From assembly GCA_035710265.1 (NCBI GenBank), contig DASTDR010000472.1:1-42988 (forward strand): DNA of 42,988 nucleotides. Reading direction: 5' to 3'. A program made the translations under genes and the position numbers. Under the pieces are notes generated by a model. The model ran no database searches, was not told where the DNA came from, and saw only the letters and a program-made list of their open reading frames with translations. This DNA is from Gemmatimonadales bacterium. GTDB lineage: Bacteria; Gemmatimonadota; Gemmatimonadetes; Gemmatimonadales; GWC2-71-9. Each line of letters begins with the position of its first letter. The stretch's first letter is position 1. Shown here piece by piece: positions 23,342 through 32,296 of the stretch.

Positions 23342-24151
23342 CTACAGATCGCTGCGCGCGAGGCGCCGCGCGGCCCAGACGAGCGGCAGGGCACTCCAAC
23401 CGAGGAGCACGGCCACGAGCGCGGCGGCGCCGGTCCCACCGAGCAGTTCGCGTAACGCCGCGCCGGTCGGCCCGGAGATTCCGTCCGCGTTGAACAAGCC
23501 GATTCCGAGCACGCGCGCCGAGTCGATCGGATCGAGGGCGAGCAATAATGAAAGCGGCCACGCGGGACTGCCGCTGGGCAGGATCGCGAGCAGGCCGATC
23601 GCGAGCAGATCCACCCCGATGACCAGCACACACCACGCGACGATCGACACCGCCAGCGCGCGCGCGCGGTCGCGCACCCGGACGCCGATGGCCAACCCGA
23701 TCGCGAGGCATGCCGAGAGCAGCAACGTCGCGATGGCGAGCAGCCCGAGGTATCGCCAGCCATCGGCCATACCGGCGAGCGCTCCGATGACGAGTCCCGC
23801 CGCGCCGAGGCCGATGCAGAGCGCGGCACCCAACACCCCGAGCCACGCCGCCCATCGCGCCACCACGATCTCAACACGCTTCAGCGGCAGCGCGGCGATG
23901 AACTCGAGCTCGTAGCACTCGGCACCGGCCGCCGCCCCGGTGAGCAGCGCGAGCAGTGGGACGACCCAGAGGATCAGCTGGAGCAAGCTGATGGACGTAC
24001 GCGCGAATCCCTGCACCGCGATGACGCCCCCCGCCGAGAGGCCCACCAGCGCGATCGCGACACACGCGACCGCGAACCCCGCGGCAAACAACGGTGCGGT
24101 GCGGCCCTGGCGGGCCGCGGCGAGCTCGAAGCGCAGCAAAGCGGCCGTCAC
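23342..24151 (-). CDS. nosY: ABC-2 type permease NosY
   Basis: Six hydrophobic helices. GTGA overlap with the nosF stop. Position after nosD-nosF. Confidence 0.7.
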   Translation of the reverse strand: MTAALLRFELAAARQGRTAPLFAAGFAVACVAIALVGLSAGGVIAVQGFARTSISLLQLILWVVPLLALLTGAAAGAECYELEFIAALPLKRVEIVVARWAAWLGVLGAALCIGLGAAGLVIGALAGMADGWRYLGLLAIATLLLSACLAIGLAIGVRVRDRARALAVSIVAWCVLVIGVDLLAIGLLAILPSGSPAWPLSLLLALDPIDSARVLGIGLFNADGISGPTGAALRELLGGTGAAALVAVLLGWSALPLVWAARRLARSDL

Positions 24152-24870
24152 GCGACCCTCGCCGGTCCCAAGCCGCGGCTGCGGCGCACCAACACCCGAT
24201 AGATCCGTTCGATCGGCGGATCCGCCAAGTCCCCGTGACTCGGCACGCCCGCTGCGGCGGCGAGCTCGGCAAGCGATCCCTGCGCAACCACGCGGCCTTC
24301 GACCAGGAGCACGATCCGCTCCGCGAGCAGCGCCACGTCGTGCAGATGGTGCGAGGCGAACAGCACCGCCACACCACGGCGGCGCGCCGCTGCGATCGCC
24401 GCGCGCACGTCTTCGGCGCCATCGATGTCCAGGCTGATGCTTGGCTCATCGAGCAGCAGCGCGCCGACATCGCCGACCGTCGCGAGCGTGAGCATGATCC
24501 GTTGCCGCTGCCCGCCCGAGAGATCGCAGAGCGCGGCGTCGAGACGGTCTCCGAGGCCGGCCTCGTCGAGCGCGTCGCGCACGATAGTCGGCGCGAAACC
24601 GCGGGCGCGTGCGACCAGCGCTGCCAGAGCAGACACCTTTGTGGTTTGCGGCACGCCCAACCGCTGGGAGAGATACGCAAGATTGCCCTCGACCCGGGCG
24701 CTGCCGCCGCTCGCGTGCACCGTTCCGGCGAGAATGCGCAGCGCCGTGGATTTCCCCGCGCCGTTGGGTCCGACGAGCGCGACGGTCTCACCGGCCCGCA
24801 CCACGAGGTCGAGCGGATGCAGCGCGATCCGGTCGCCGAAGCGCTTCCAGACCTGGCGGAGCTCGATCAT
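24148..24870 (-). CDS. nosF: ABC transporter ATP-binding protein NosF
   Basis: Walker A GPNGAGKST, signature LSGGQRQR, Walker B LLLDEPS. ATGA overlap with the nosD stop sets the start at 24870 (the track ORF runs to 25251). Confidence 0.8.
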   Translation of the reverse strand: MIELRQVWKRFGDRIALHPLDLVVRAGETVALVGPNGAGKSTALRILAGTVHASGGSARVEGNLAYLSQRLGVPQTTKVSALAALVARARGFAPTIVRDALDEAGLGDRLDAALCDLSGGQRQRIMLTLATVGDVGALLLDEPSISLDIDGAEDVRAAIAAARRRGVAVLFASHHLHDVALLAERIVLLVEGRVVAQGSLAELAAAAGVPSHGDLADPPIERIYRVLVRRSRGLGPARVA

Positions 24871-26150
24871 GGACGCCGCCGCCACCGCCGCCTGCCCGCG
24901 CTCAACACCGCGAGACCGGCGAACAGCGTCAGTCCGGCGGCTACCGATTGCCCCGCAAGGCCGCCGGAGCGGGCGGCGGGAGCCGGCGGCAACCGAGACA
25001 GCATCACCGGGCGCGGCGGCGCCGCCAACGGACAACGATCGGTCGCCGCATTCAGCGCGAACACCGGGAACGTGCGCTCCGCCCACGCCAGCGTCGTCGC
25101 GGCCGGGCTGTTCAGCCACAGCCGCAATCCCTCGCGGGTCAGCGCCAGCTCGGCCAACGGCGACGACGCGGTATGCGGAACGTCGAGCACGCCGTCTCCG
25201 CGGAGATCGTATCCTCCCGCACCCCAGTAGTTGCCCCGGCCATCGACGCACAGCCGATAGGCGGCGCTGTCCGAACCGCCCGTCGTGGCGAACGTATTCG
25301 CCAGGATCGCGTTCCCCGTGATGCGCGTGGCTTCACTGTTCGAGAACAGCTTGAGTCCGAGCCAGTTGCCGGCGACGACGTTGTCGGTGAAGGTGCCGCG
25401 AATCACGTTGTCGAAAAATATCCCGACGCCGTTCCCCACCAGCAGGTTCCCGGTGACGATCGCGTCGGTCGCCTGCTGCAGCACCAGGCCGTACGAACGC
25501 GCGCCGGCGTTCCACGCGAACACATTGTCGGTGATCGTGACGCCACGGGAGAACATGATGACCGCGCCCGCGGCGTTGTCGGTGAAGACGTTGCGATCGA
25601 AGTGATTCGCGTGACTGAACATGTAGTGCAAGCCGAAGCGCACCCGGGTGACGGTATTGTCGACGACGGTAATACTGTCCGAATAGGAGAAGTACATACC
25701 ATCGCGCACGTGGGCGATGTGATTGCCCGCGGCCACCGCGCCACGCGAATGATAGAACGAGATCCCGTCACCCCGCTCGCTTTCCCGTGCCGCGGGACGT
25801 CCCGCGATGTCCAGACGCTGGATCACCACGCCGCGCCCCTCGCGGACGAACACACCGAACAGCACGTCGCGGATCACGAGATCCTCGAGCAGCACGGAGT
25901 CCGCCGCCACGAGCACGCCCGCATCGTACGCGTCGGGATCGCGCCCGCCGTTCTCGATGCGCAGGCCGCGCACGACACTGCCCGCGGCTCTGACCTCCAA
26001 CACGGTGCCGGCTCCCGTTCCGCGCAGCACCGCTCCCGGCGCGGCGAGTACGATGGTGGGCCGCGAGAGCACCAGCGGACCCTGATGCACGCCGGCGCCG
26101 AGCCGCAGCGTGTCGACGATCAGCACGCCCAGCAGGAGGCCGAGCGTCAC
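24867..26150 (-). CDS. nosD: periplasmic beta-helix maturation protein NosD
   Basis: Repeated parallel-beta-helix turns (ITDNVFAWNAG, VTGNLLVGNGVGIFF, FTDNVVAGNWLGL, ITGNAILAN). Context nosZ-nosB-nosD-nosF-nosY. Confidence 0.8.
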   Translation of the reverse strand: MTLGLLLGVLIVDTLRLGAGVHQGPLVLSRPTIVLAAPGAVLRGTGAGTVLEVRAAGSVVRGLRIENGGRDPDAYDAGVLVAADSVLLEDLVIRDVLFGVFVREGRGVVIQRLDIAGRPAARESERGDGISFYHSRGAVAAGNHIAHVRDGMYFSYSDSITVVDNTVTRVRFGLHYMFSHANHFDRNVFTDNAAGAVIMFSRGVTITDNVFAWNAGARSYGLVLQQATDAIVTGNLLVGNGVGIFFDNVIRGTFTDNVVAGNWLGLKLFSNSEATRITGNAILANTFATTGGSDSAAYRLCVDGRGNYWGAGGYDLRGDGVLDVPHTASSPLAELALTREGLRLWLNSPAATTLAWAERTFPVFALNAATDRCPLAAPPRPVMLSRLPPAPAARSGGLAGQSVAAGLTLFAGLAVLSAGRRRWRRRP

Positions 26151-26761
26151 GCCGCCTGCCTCCGGATCCGCCGCGTCTCGAAGAACAGCACGGCGGCGAG
26201 CGCGAGCACAAACAGGCCCAGCAGGAACGTCCCCACGCCCGGATAGCTGTAGACGTCGAAGTTGGCGATGCGCTGGTGGCCGAACACCGGCGGGGTGAAG
26301 GCGGCGACTGTGATCGGCGCGTCCGGGCTCAGTTCATGGCCATAGCTGTACATCCGATAGACGAACGCGGCGAGCGAAAACGCCGCGAAATAGCCGAACA
26401 GCACGAGCAGATCGACGACGTTCCCGACGCGCGCGAACACCGCGGTGCGCAAGCCGAGCAACAGGAAGATGCCCAGGACGAACGGGATGAACTTCATCTC
26501 GACAAAATCGGCGGCGTGGATTTCCCGCATGCCGATGTAGTGGTTGAGGATATTGATGCCCTGGAGATCCGTCCCGCCGTTGCCGCCCGTGAGTTGATGC
26601 GCGTAAATCGACAGCCGCAGGCCCTCCGGGAATTGATTGGCGAACATCGTGATCGTCCACAGCGGGAAGAACAGCGCGAGGATGAGCAGGACTCCCGCCC
26701 CGAGCACGGCGATCCGTGCCCGGAGCGAGAGGACCTGGCCCAGCCAGCCGACTAGTGACAT
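26147..26761 (-). CDS. nosB: NosB-like polytopic membrane protein (clade II nos clusters)
   Basis: Four or more TM helices, immediately downstream of nosZ. ATG 26761 lies 1 nt after the nosZ stop (alternative GTG at 26776). GTGA overlap with nosD. Confidence 0.6.
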   Translation of the reverse strand: MSLVGWLGQVLSLRARIAVLGAGVLLILALFFPLWTITMFANQFPEGLRLSIYAHQLTGGNGGTDLQGINILNHYIGMREIHAADFVEMKFIPFVLGIFLLLGLRTAVFARVGNVVDLLVLFGYFAAFSLAAFVYRMYSYGHELSPDAPITVAAFTPPVFGHQRIANFDVYSYPGVGTFLLGLFVLALAAVLFFETRRIRRQAA

Positions 26762-26762
26762 G

Positions 26763-28658
26763 TCAGTTACCGCCACCGGCGCCGCCCGCGGCCACCGGTG
26801 TTCCGGCGCGCGGCTTCACCAGCAGATAGCCCTGCATCTCCTGGTGCATCGCCGAGCAGAAATTCGTGCAATAGAACGGATAGACGCCGGGTTTCGTGGC
26901 GCGGAACGCAATCGTCTTGGTCTCGCCCGGATCGACGACCACGTTGATGTTGTAGCCCGCGAATCCGAGGCCGTGCAGCATGTCCCGCTCCTGCTCGGCG
27001 TTGGTGACGTGGATGATCACGGAATCGCCTTGCTGCACTTCGACTTCGCCCGGGGCGAAGTAGGAGCGAATCGCGAACATCTTGACCTCGACGATGTTGC
27101 CGCGCCGCGTAATCCGCCCGTCGGCCGCCGCCCAGATCGCCTGCGGATGGCGATTCTCGGCCTTCGGATACACTTCGATCGGCTTCAGCAGATCGGCACG
27201 CACGAGCTGCGCGAAATGCGGCTCCGGCTCGGTGTACGCCTCGTACAGCATCGTCAGGCCGTCGCCGGTGATGTCGATGAGCTGGCTCGATTCCGGCTGC
27301 GACGGTCCCACGTTCAGATGGCGGCCCTTGGAGAGCTTGTTCATCGAGATCAGGTAGCGGCCCACCGGATGACGCGTGTCGCCGTGCGCCGTGACCAGAT
27401 GTCCCACCGAGAAGTGCACGGGAATCTTGGCGACCACGAGCGCCGAGTCCTTACCGTCGAACGGCCCGAGCTTCCACTTGGCGACCGCCGACTCCACGAA
27501 CAGCGATGTGTACGCATAACCCTGATCGTCGAATTGCGTGTGCAACGGCCCGAGGCCGACCGGCACCTCGGCGACACGGATCGACTCGAAACGCAAGACG
27601 GGAATCCCGTCCTCGTTGCCAACCGTGTCGTTGGCGGTGGTCGCGGTGAGGAACTTCTGGAAGTCGAACACCGTGACGAACGGCGCCAGCTTGCCGCCGC
27701 CCACCACGTACCGGCCGTCAGGCGAGAAGTCGGCACCGTGCGGACTCTTGGCGAGCGGCACGAGATACATCATGCCCGGCACCTCGCGCGGATTGAGCAC
27801 GCGCACGCCGCCGATCATCTTGCCTTTTCCCGCCGCCGCGGCCGCCGCAGCCTTGCGCCAGTTCACGAACGTGATGTAGTCGCGATCGCGCTGGCTGGCG
27901 GTCACCTCGAGCCGGCCGGTGGCCCGCTCACTGTTGTACGAGCTCCACACCACCCAGTCGGCGGAGATTTCGCGGCCGGTCGCCGCGAGGTCCCAGTCGA
28001 ACGGCGGGGTCACGATCTGCCAGGAGACCGACATCTCGCCGCTCGCGCTGTCGATCTTGATGCCGCTCAGGATCCCCTTGTAGTCCGTCGCGTACCGGGA
28101 GGTTGGGGCGTACGTGCCCCGGGGGATGGGAATCGAGAACCGGCTCGCGACGAGCGCGTACTCGCTGTTTTCGGTCACGAACGCCGAGCCGTGATTGCCG
28201 CTCGAGTTGGCGATCGGACCGAGAATCTGCTTCGTCTTGAAATCCCGCAGGTCCACGCGCGCCAGGCGGTTGTTGGCGTTGTCGTTCACGAACAGCCAGC
28301 GACCGTCGTAATCGCCCTTCGTCTTGGACAGCGCGGGGTGGTGCACGTCGCCCCAGGTGTACTCGCCCAGCATCTCTTTACTTTCGATATCGAATCCGTA
28401 CCCGGTGGCCGGGTAGGGGGCGAAGACGGGAATGGTGGCGATGTGCCGCATCGAGGGGACGCCGGCGACATAGATCTGGCCGGAATGCCCGCCGCTGTAG
28501 AAGAGATAGAACTCATCCAGCTTCCCGGGCTCGACGAACGTGCGCTGCGCGGCTTCACGGGCGTCCGCAAGTCGGCCACTGCTGCCGCCTTGCGGCCCCT
28601 TGGACGGGGCGCAGGCAGCGAGGGCGAGCACCGCCGCAACGGCGAGATGCTTGTTCAT
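26763..28658 (-). CDS. nosZ: nitrous-oxide reductase, clade II (Sec/lipoprotein-type signal)
   Basis: C-terminal CuA site YCTNFCSAMHQEMQGYL. Long beta-propeller region with conserved His. N-terminus MNKHLAVAAVLALAAC has no twin-arginine motif. Flanked by a cytochrome c and nosB, as in clade II clusters. Confidence 0.92.
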   Translation of the reverse strand: MNKHLAVAAVLALAACAPSKGPQGGSSGRLADAREAAQRTFVEPGKLDEFYLFYSGGHSGQIYVAGVPSMRHIATIPVFAPYPATGYGFDIESKEMLGEYTWGDVHHPALSKTKGDYDGRWLFVNDNANNRLARVDLRDFKTKQILGPIANSSGNHGSAFVTENSEYALVASRFSIPIPRGTYAPTSRYATDYKGILSGIKIDSASGEMSVSWQIVTPPFDWDLAATGREISADWVVWSSYNSERATGRLEVTASQRDRDYITFVNWRKAAAAAAAGKGKMIGGVRVLNPREVPGMMYLVPLAKSPHGADFSPDGRYVVGGGKLAPFVTVFDFQKFLTATTANDTVGNEDGIPVLRFESIRVAEVPVGLGPLHTQFDDQGYAYTSLFVESAVAKWKLGPFDGKDSALVVAKIPVHFSVGHLVTAHGDTRHPVGRYLISMNKLSKGRHLNVGPSQPESSQLIDITGDGLTMLYEAYTEPEPHFAQLVRADLLKPIEVYPKAENRHPQAIWAAADGRITRRGNIVEVKMFAIRSYFAPGEVEVQQGDSVIIHVTNAEQERDMLHGLGFAGYNINVVVDPGETKTIAFRATKPGVYPFYCTNFCSAMHQEMQGYLLVKPRAGTPVAAGGAGGGN

Positions 28659-29080
28659 GGGTCGTTCCCTTTCTCGTGCTCCGCGCGCTCCTCGCGCTCT
28701 TCATGGAGCTCTTTGAGAATGTGGACAATGGAATCCCGCTCGGCGGGTGTGAGTGTGATCATCGAGCTCAGCACGACCTGCATCGTTCCAGTGGGCGTGG
28801 CGAGGAATTGATCCAGCTTCAGTCCGAAACGCGTTTGCACGTCCTCGTACGCGGCTGTGAGATCCGGGCCGACTTCAGTCGGAGACTTGATGCCAAATGC
28901 TGAGATGGAATGGCATTGCGGGCAGCCTTTCCGAACGAAGAGCTCGCCGCGTGCGTCCGTATAGGTGACGGCCGTCGCGGCAGGAGCACCGGGAGGCGGC
29001 GTGGCCTCAGCGGATCCTTTGCCACCACCGCAGGCCGCAGCGAACGGGACAAGCAACAGCCCCAGATGAACTCGACGCAC
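28655..29080 (-). CDS. mono-heme c-type cytochrome, first gene of the nos operon (NosC-like)
   Basis: CPQCH heme motif. N-terminus MRRVHLGLLLVPFAAAC|GGG. ATGA overlap with the nosZ start. GGAG lies 9-12 nt upstream of the GTG start. Confidence 0.75.
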   Translation of the reverse strand: MRRVHLGLLLVPFAAACGGGKGSAEATPPPGAPAATAVTYTDARGELFVRKGCPQCHSISAFGIKSPTEVGPDLTAAYEDVQTRFGLKLDQFLATPTGTMQVVLSSMITLTPAERDSIVHILKELHEEREERAEHEKGNDP

Positions 29081-29134
29081 CGAACTGCTCCGTGTTTGAA
29101 GTGACCAGAGCTTATCCGGTGCGGGCTCACATCT

Positions 29135-30868
29135 TCATGAAGGGTTTGTGAGGGAGTCTTTAGACTCGCGGGCCACGGTGGGAGTCGCGAACGCGGGACG
29201 CGCAATGAGTGGCAGGCCAAGATGCTGACGCGCCCGGTTCAGGGCGTCGTCGATGTTGCCGTGGATGTTCTGTTCCCCAAGCTCGTCATAGAGGCCCGAG
29301 CGCTCCAGGGCGACCACCGGTTGCGCGTGCACGTCGGAGAGAATGACGAGCGTGCCTTCCCCGCGGCTGCGGTGCACGAGATCGCGCAATGCATGCAACC
29401 CGGTGGAATCGACTGCCGGCACGTGTCGCATCCGGATGATCAATACGGTGGGCTTTCCCGCGATCCGCCCCACCCGGTCCTTGAACATCTCCGCCGCACC
29501 AAAGAAGAACGGTCCCGTGATTTCGTAGACCTGAACGCCAGCCGGAATGGCACGATTCCGCACCGCGTTGGGGTCACGCTCGAAATCATCGACCGGATCG
29601 GTGAGCTCGTGCGTGAGCACGCTGATGTTCGTGACCTCGGCCATGCGGCGCATGAAGAGGAACGCCGCGAGCACCATGCCGACTTCGATGGCCACCGTGA
29701 GATCCACCAGCACGGTCAGCAGGAACGTAGTGAGCAGAACCGCAACGTCGCTCTTGGGCGCCCGGAACTCCGAGACGAATGTGCGCCACTCGCTCATGTG
29801 GAACGCGACGACAACGAGGATTGCCGCCAGCGTGGCGAGCGGGATCAGCCCCGCCCACCTGCCAAAGAACAGTGTGATGAGCAGGAGCGTAAACGCATGG
29901 GTGATGCCGGCAACCGGCGTGCGGCCGCCGTTCTTGACATTCGTCGCCGTGCGCGCGATGGCACCCGTGGCCGGCATCCCGCCAAACAGCGGGGAGGCGA
30001 TGTTCGCAACGCCCTGCGCCACGAGCTCCATGTTGGATCGATGTCGCCCGCCGATCATGCCGTCCGCCACCACCGCCGACAGCAACGATTCGATGCCGGC
30101 GAGCATGGCAATCGTGAATGCGGGGCCGGCCAGGGCCTGAACGGTGGCCAGGGAAACGGGCGGAATGTGCGGCTGTGGAAGACCCGCATGAATGGCGCCG
30201 AAGCGCGCGCCGATGGTTTCGACCGGCAGATGCAGCAGTTGAGCCAGGACCGTCGTCCCGATCAAGGCGACGAACGGGCCCGGCACGCGCGTCGAGATTC
30301 TGGGCCACACCATGATGATCGCCAGCGTCGCCACCGCTACCAGCAGCGCCCACGGATTGACCGTGTCGAACGCGTGCACGTACGCGTCCCACTTGGGCAG
30401 GAATTCGGAGGGCACGGACGTCATCTCGAGGCCGAGCAGGTCGCGGATCTGACTCGAGAAGATGATGAGCGCGATGCCGCTGGTGAATCCGATCGTGACC
30501 GGATACGGAATGAACTTGATCGCGGCGCCCAACCGCAGCAGGCCAAACGCCACCAGGATGAAACCGGCCAGCACCGTGGCGAGCACCAGGCCGTCCACGC
30601 CGTGCTGCTGCACGATCCCCGAGACGATCACGACGAACGCGCCCGTCGGCCCGCCGATCTGGACACGCGACCCGCCCAGCAACGAGATCAGGAATCCCGC
30701 GACAATCGCCGTGTAGAGGCCGCGCTCGGGACTCAGACCGCTCGCGATGGCGAATGCGATCGCCAGCGGCAGCGCGACGATGCCGACAATGACGCCGGCG
30801 ATGACGTCCCGGGTGAGCTGCTCCCGGTCATAGCCTCGAAGCGTGGTGACAAGTTTGGGGACGAGCAC
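29135..30868 (-). CDS. SulP-family anion transporter with C-terminal STAS domain
   Basis: N-terminus LRGYDREQLTRDVIAGVIVGIVALPLAIAFAIASG. 10+ TM helices. STAS region VLIIRMRHVPAVDSTGLHALRDL. Confidence 0.88.
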   Translation of the reverse strand: MLVPKLVTTLRGYDREQLTRDVIAGVIVGIVALPLAIAFAIASGLSPERGLYTAIVAGFLISLLGGSRVQIGGPTGAFVVIVSGIVQQHGVDGLVLATVLAGFILVAFGLLRLGAAIKFIPYPVTIGFTSGIALIIFSSQIRDLLGLEMTSVPSEFLPKWDAYVHAFDTVNPWALLVAVATLAIIMVWPRISTRVPGPFVALIGTTVLAQLLHLPVETIGARFGAIHAGLPQPHIPPVSLATVQALAGPAFTIAMLAGIESLLSAVVADGMIGGRHRSNMELVAQGVANIASPLFGGMPATGAIARTATNVKNGGRTPVAGITHAFTLLLITLFFGRWAGLIPLATLAAILVVVAFHMSEWRTFVSEFRAPKSDVAVLLTTFLLTVLVDLTVAIEVGMVLAAFLFMRRMAEVTNISVLTHELTDPVDDFERDPNAVRNRAIPAGVQVYEITGPFFFGAAEMFKDRVGRIAGKPTVLIIRMRHVPAVDSTGLHALRDLVHRSRGEGTLVILSDVHAQPVVALERSGLYDELGEQNIHGNIDDALNRARQHLGLPLIARPAFATPTVARESKDSLTNPS

Positions 30869-30897
30869 GCGCGCGAGAAAATAATAGATTCGAAGCC

Positions 30898-32232
30898 ATG
30901 CTTCTATTCACGACCTTCACACTCGCCGTCGCGCTGCAACAGCCGGCCCTGCCGTCCGACTCCATCATCCGGTCGTTCCTTCTTCCCCGCGTCGCGTCAT
31001 TCCCGGACACCGGCAAGCACGGCACGGGGATCGCGATCGGCTTGCTCGACGCGACTGGCGGCCGGCGGATCATCGCGGCCGGCGTGCACCCGGGCGGGCT
31101 GTTCGAGATCGGCTCGATCACGAAGGTGTTCACCACGTCCCTGCTCCAGGACATGGTGGACCGCGGCGAGGTCCGGCTCGGCGACGCGGTGTCGGACTAC
31201 CTGCCCCGATCGGTCCGCGTGCCCACGCGCGCCGGCCGCGAGATCACCCTCCTCGATCTCGCCACCCAATCGTCGGGACTGCCGCGCATGCCCCCGAACT
31301 TCACGCCGCGCGACTCGCTGAACCCGTACGCGGACTACAGCGTGCGCCAGCTGTATGATTTCTTGTCGAGCTACGAGCTCCCGCGCGATCCGGGGGCGGA
31401 ATACGAATACTCAAACCTCGGCATGGGCCTGCTCGGCCACGCCCTGGCCCTCAAAGGACGCGCGACCTATGAGGAGCTGGTGCGGCGGCGCATCCTCACA
31501 CCGCTCGGCATGCGTGAGACCGTGATCACCCTGACGCCGGCGCTCCGCGCGACGCTCATGCAGGGCCACAACGCCGAAGGCCGAGTCGTCCCAAATTGGG
31601 AGCTCCCGACGCTGGCAGGAGCGGGGGCACTGCGGTCGACCGTCAGCGACATGCTGACGTTTCTCGCGGCCAATCTGGATTCTGCGGCGACTCCGCTATC
31701 CCCGACGCTGCGACGCACCCACGGGGAACGACACCCCACGAACAACCCGAGTCTCAAGGTCGGCCTGGGCTGGCACATTCTGTCCCGGCCGGTCGGCAAC
31801 ATCGTGTGGCACAATGGCGGAACGGGAGGCTATCGCTCGTTTGCCGGTTTCGATCCCGTCCGGCGGCTCGGCGTCGTCGTGCTCTCGAACTTCGACGCGA
31901 GCGTGGACGACATCGGATTCCATCTGCTCGATGAGACGTTTCCGCTCCGCCCCAACGCCAAGCGGCGGATGGAAGTCGCGGTGGATTCCACAGTGCTGAT
32001 GCGCTACGTAGGCGAGTACGAGCTGGCGCCGACATTCCACGTCGTGGTCACGCGCGAGGCCGCGCGGCTCTTCGTGCAGGCGACCGGGCAACCGCGGTTC
32101 CCGATCTTCGCCGAAACCGATTCGACCTTCTTTCTGCGCGTCGTCGACGCGCAGATCACGTTTTCAGGAGAAGGAATGACGCTGCACCAGAACGGGCAGA
32201 ACATTCCCGGGCGTAAGATTCGAGCGAATTGA
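30898..32232 (+). CDS. serine hydrolase, beta-lactamase/PBP4* fold (class C-like)
   Basis: SITKVF (SxxK), YEYSNLG (YxN), WHNGGTGGY (HxG box). Confidence 0.8.
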   Translation: MLLFTTFTLAVALQQPALPSDSIIRSFLLPRVASFPDTGKHGTGIAIGLLDATGGRRIIAAGVHPGGLFEIGSITKVFTTSLLQDMVDRGEVRLGDAVSDYLPRSVRVPTRAGREITLLDLATQSSGLPRMPPNFTPRDSLNPYADYSVRQLYDFLSSYELPRDPGAEYEYSNLGMGLLGHALALKGRATYEELVRRRILTPLGMRETVITLTPALRATLMQGHNAEGRVVPNWELPTLAGAGALRSTVSDMLTFLAANLDSAATPLSPTLRRTHGERHPTNNPSLKVGLGWHILSRPVGNIVWHNGGTGGYRSFAGFDPVRRLGVVVLSNFDASVDDIGFHLLDETFPLRPNAKRRMEVAVDSTVLMRYVGEYELAPTFHVVVTREAARLFVQATGQPRFPIFAETDSTFFLRVVDAQITFSGEGMTLHQNGQNIPGRKIRAN

Positions 32233-32245
32233 ACGGGGAGAAAGC

Positions 32246-32282
32246 AACGAGCACGGCGCCTGACGTGAACGCCGTGCTCGTT
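32246..32282. terminator. 13-bp-stem hairpin between convergent genes (bidirectional terminator candidate)
   Basis: AACGAGCACGGCG (32246-32258), an 11-nt loop, then CGCCGTGCTCGTT (32270-32282). The T-tracts are weak on both strands. Confidence 0.5.
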
Positions 32283-32296
32283 CCCCACCGACTGAA

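Noticed and set aside
26637-28811. A 724-aa plus-strand ORF antisense to nosZ. Similar long antisense or out-of-frame ORFs occur at 14236-15924, 20633-22105, 29222-31321, 10242-11369, 34608-35939 and 24609-26246.
   Set aside because: Their translations are Arg/Gly/His/Pro/Ala-rich low-complexity strings without motifs. Each lies opposite, or out of frame with, a gene that has clear family signatures. Such ORFs are expected by chance at this GC content.
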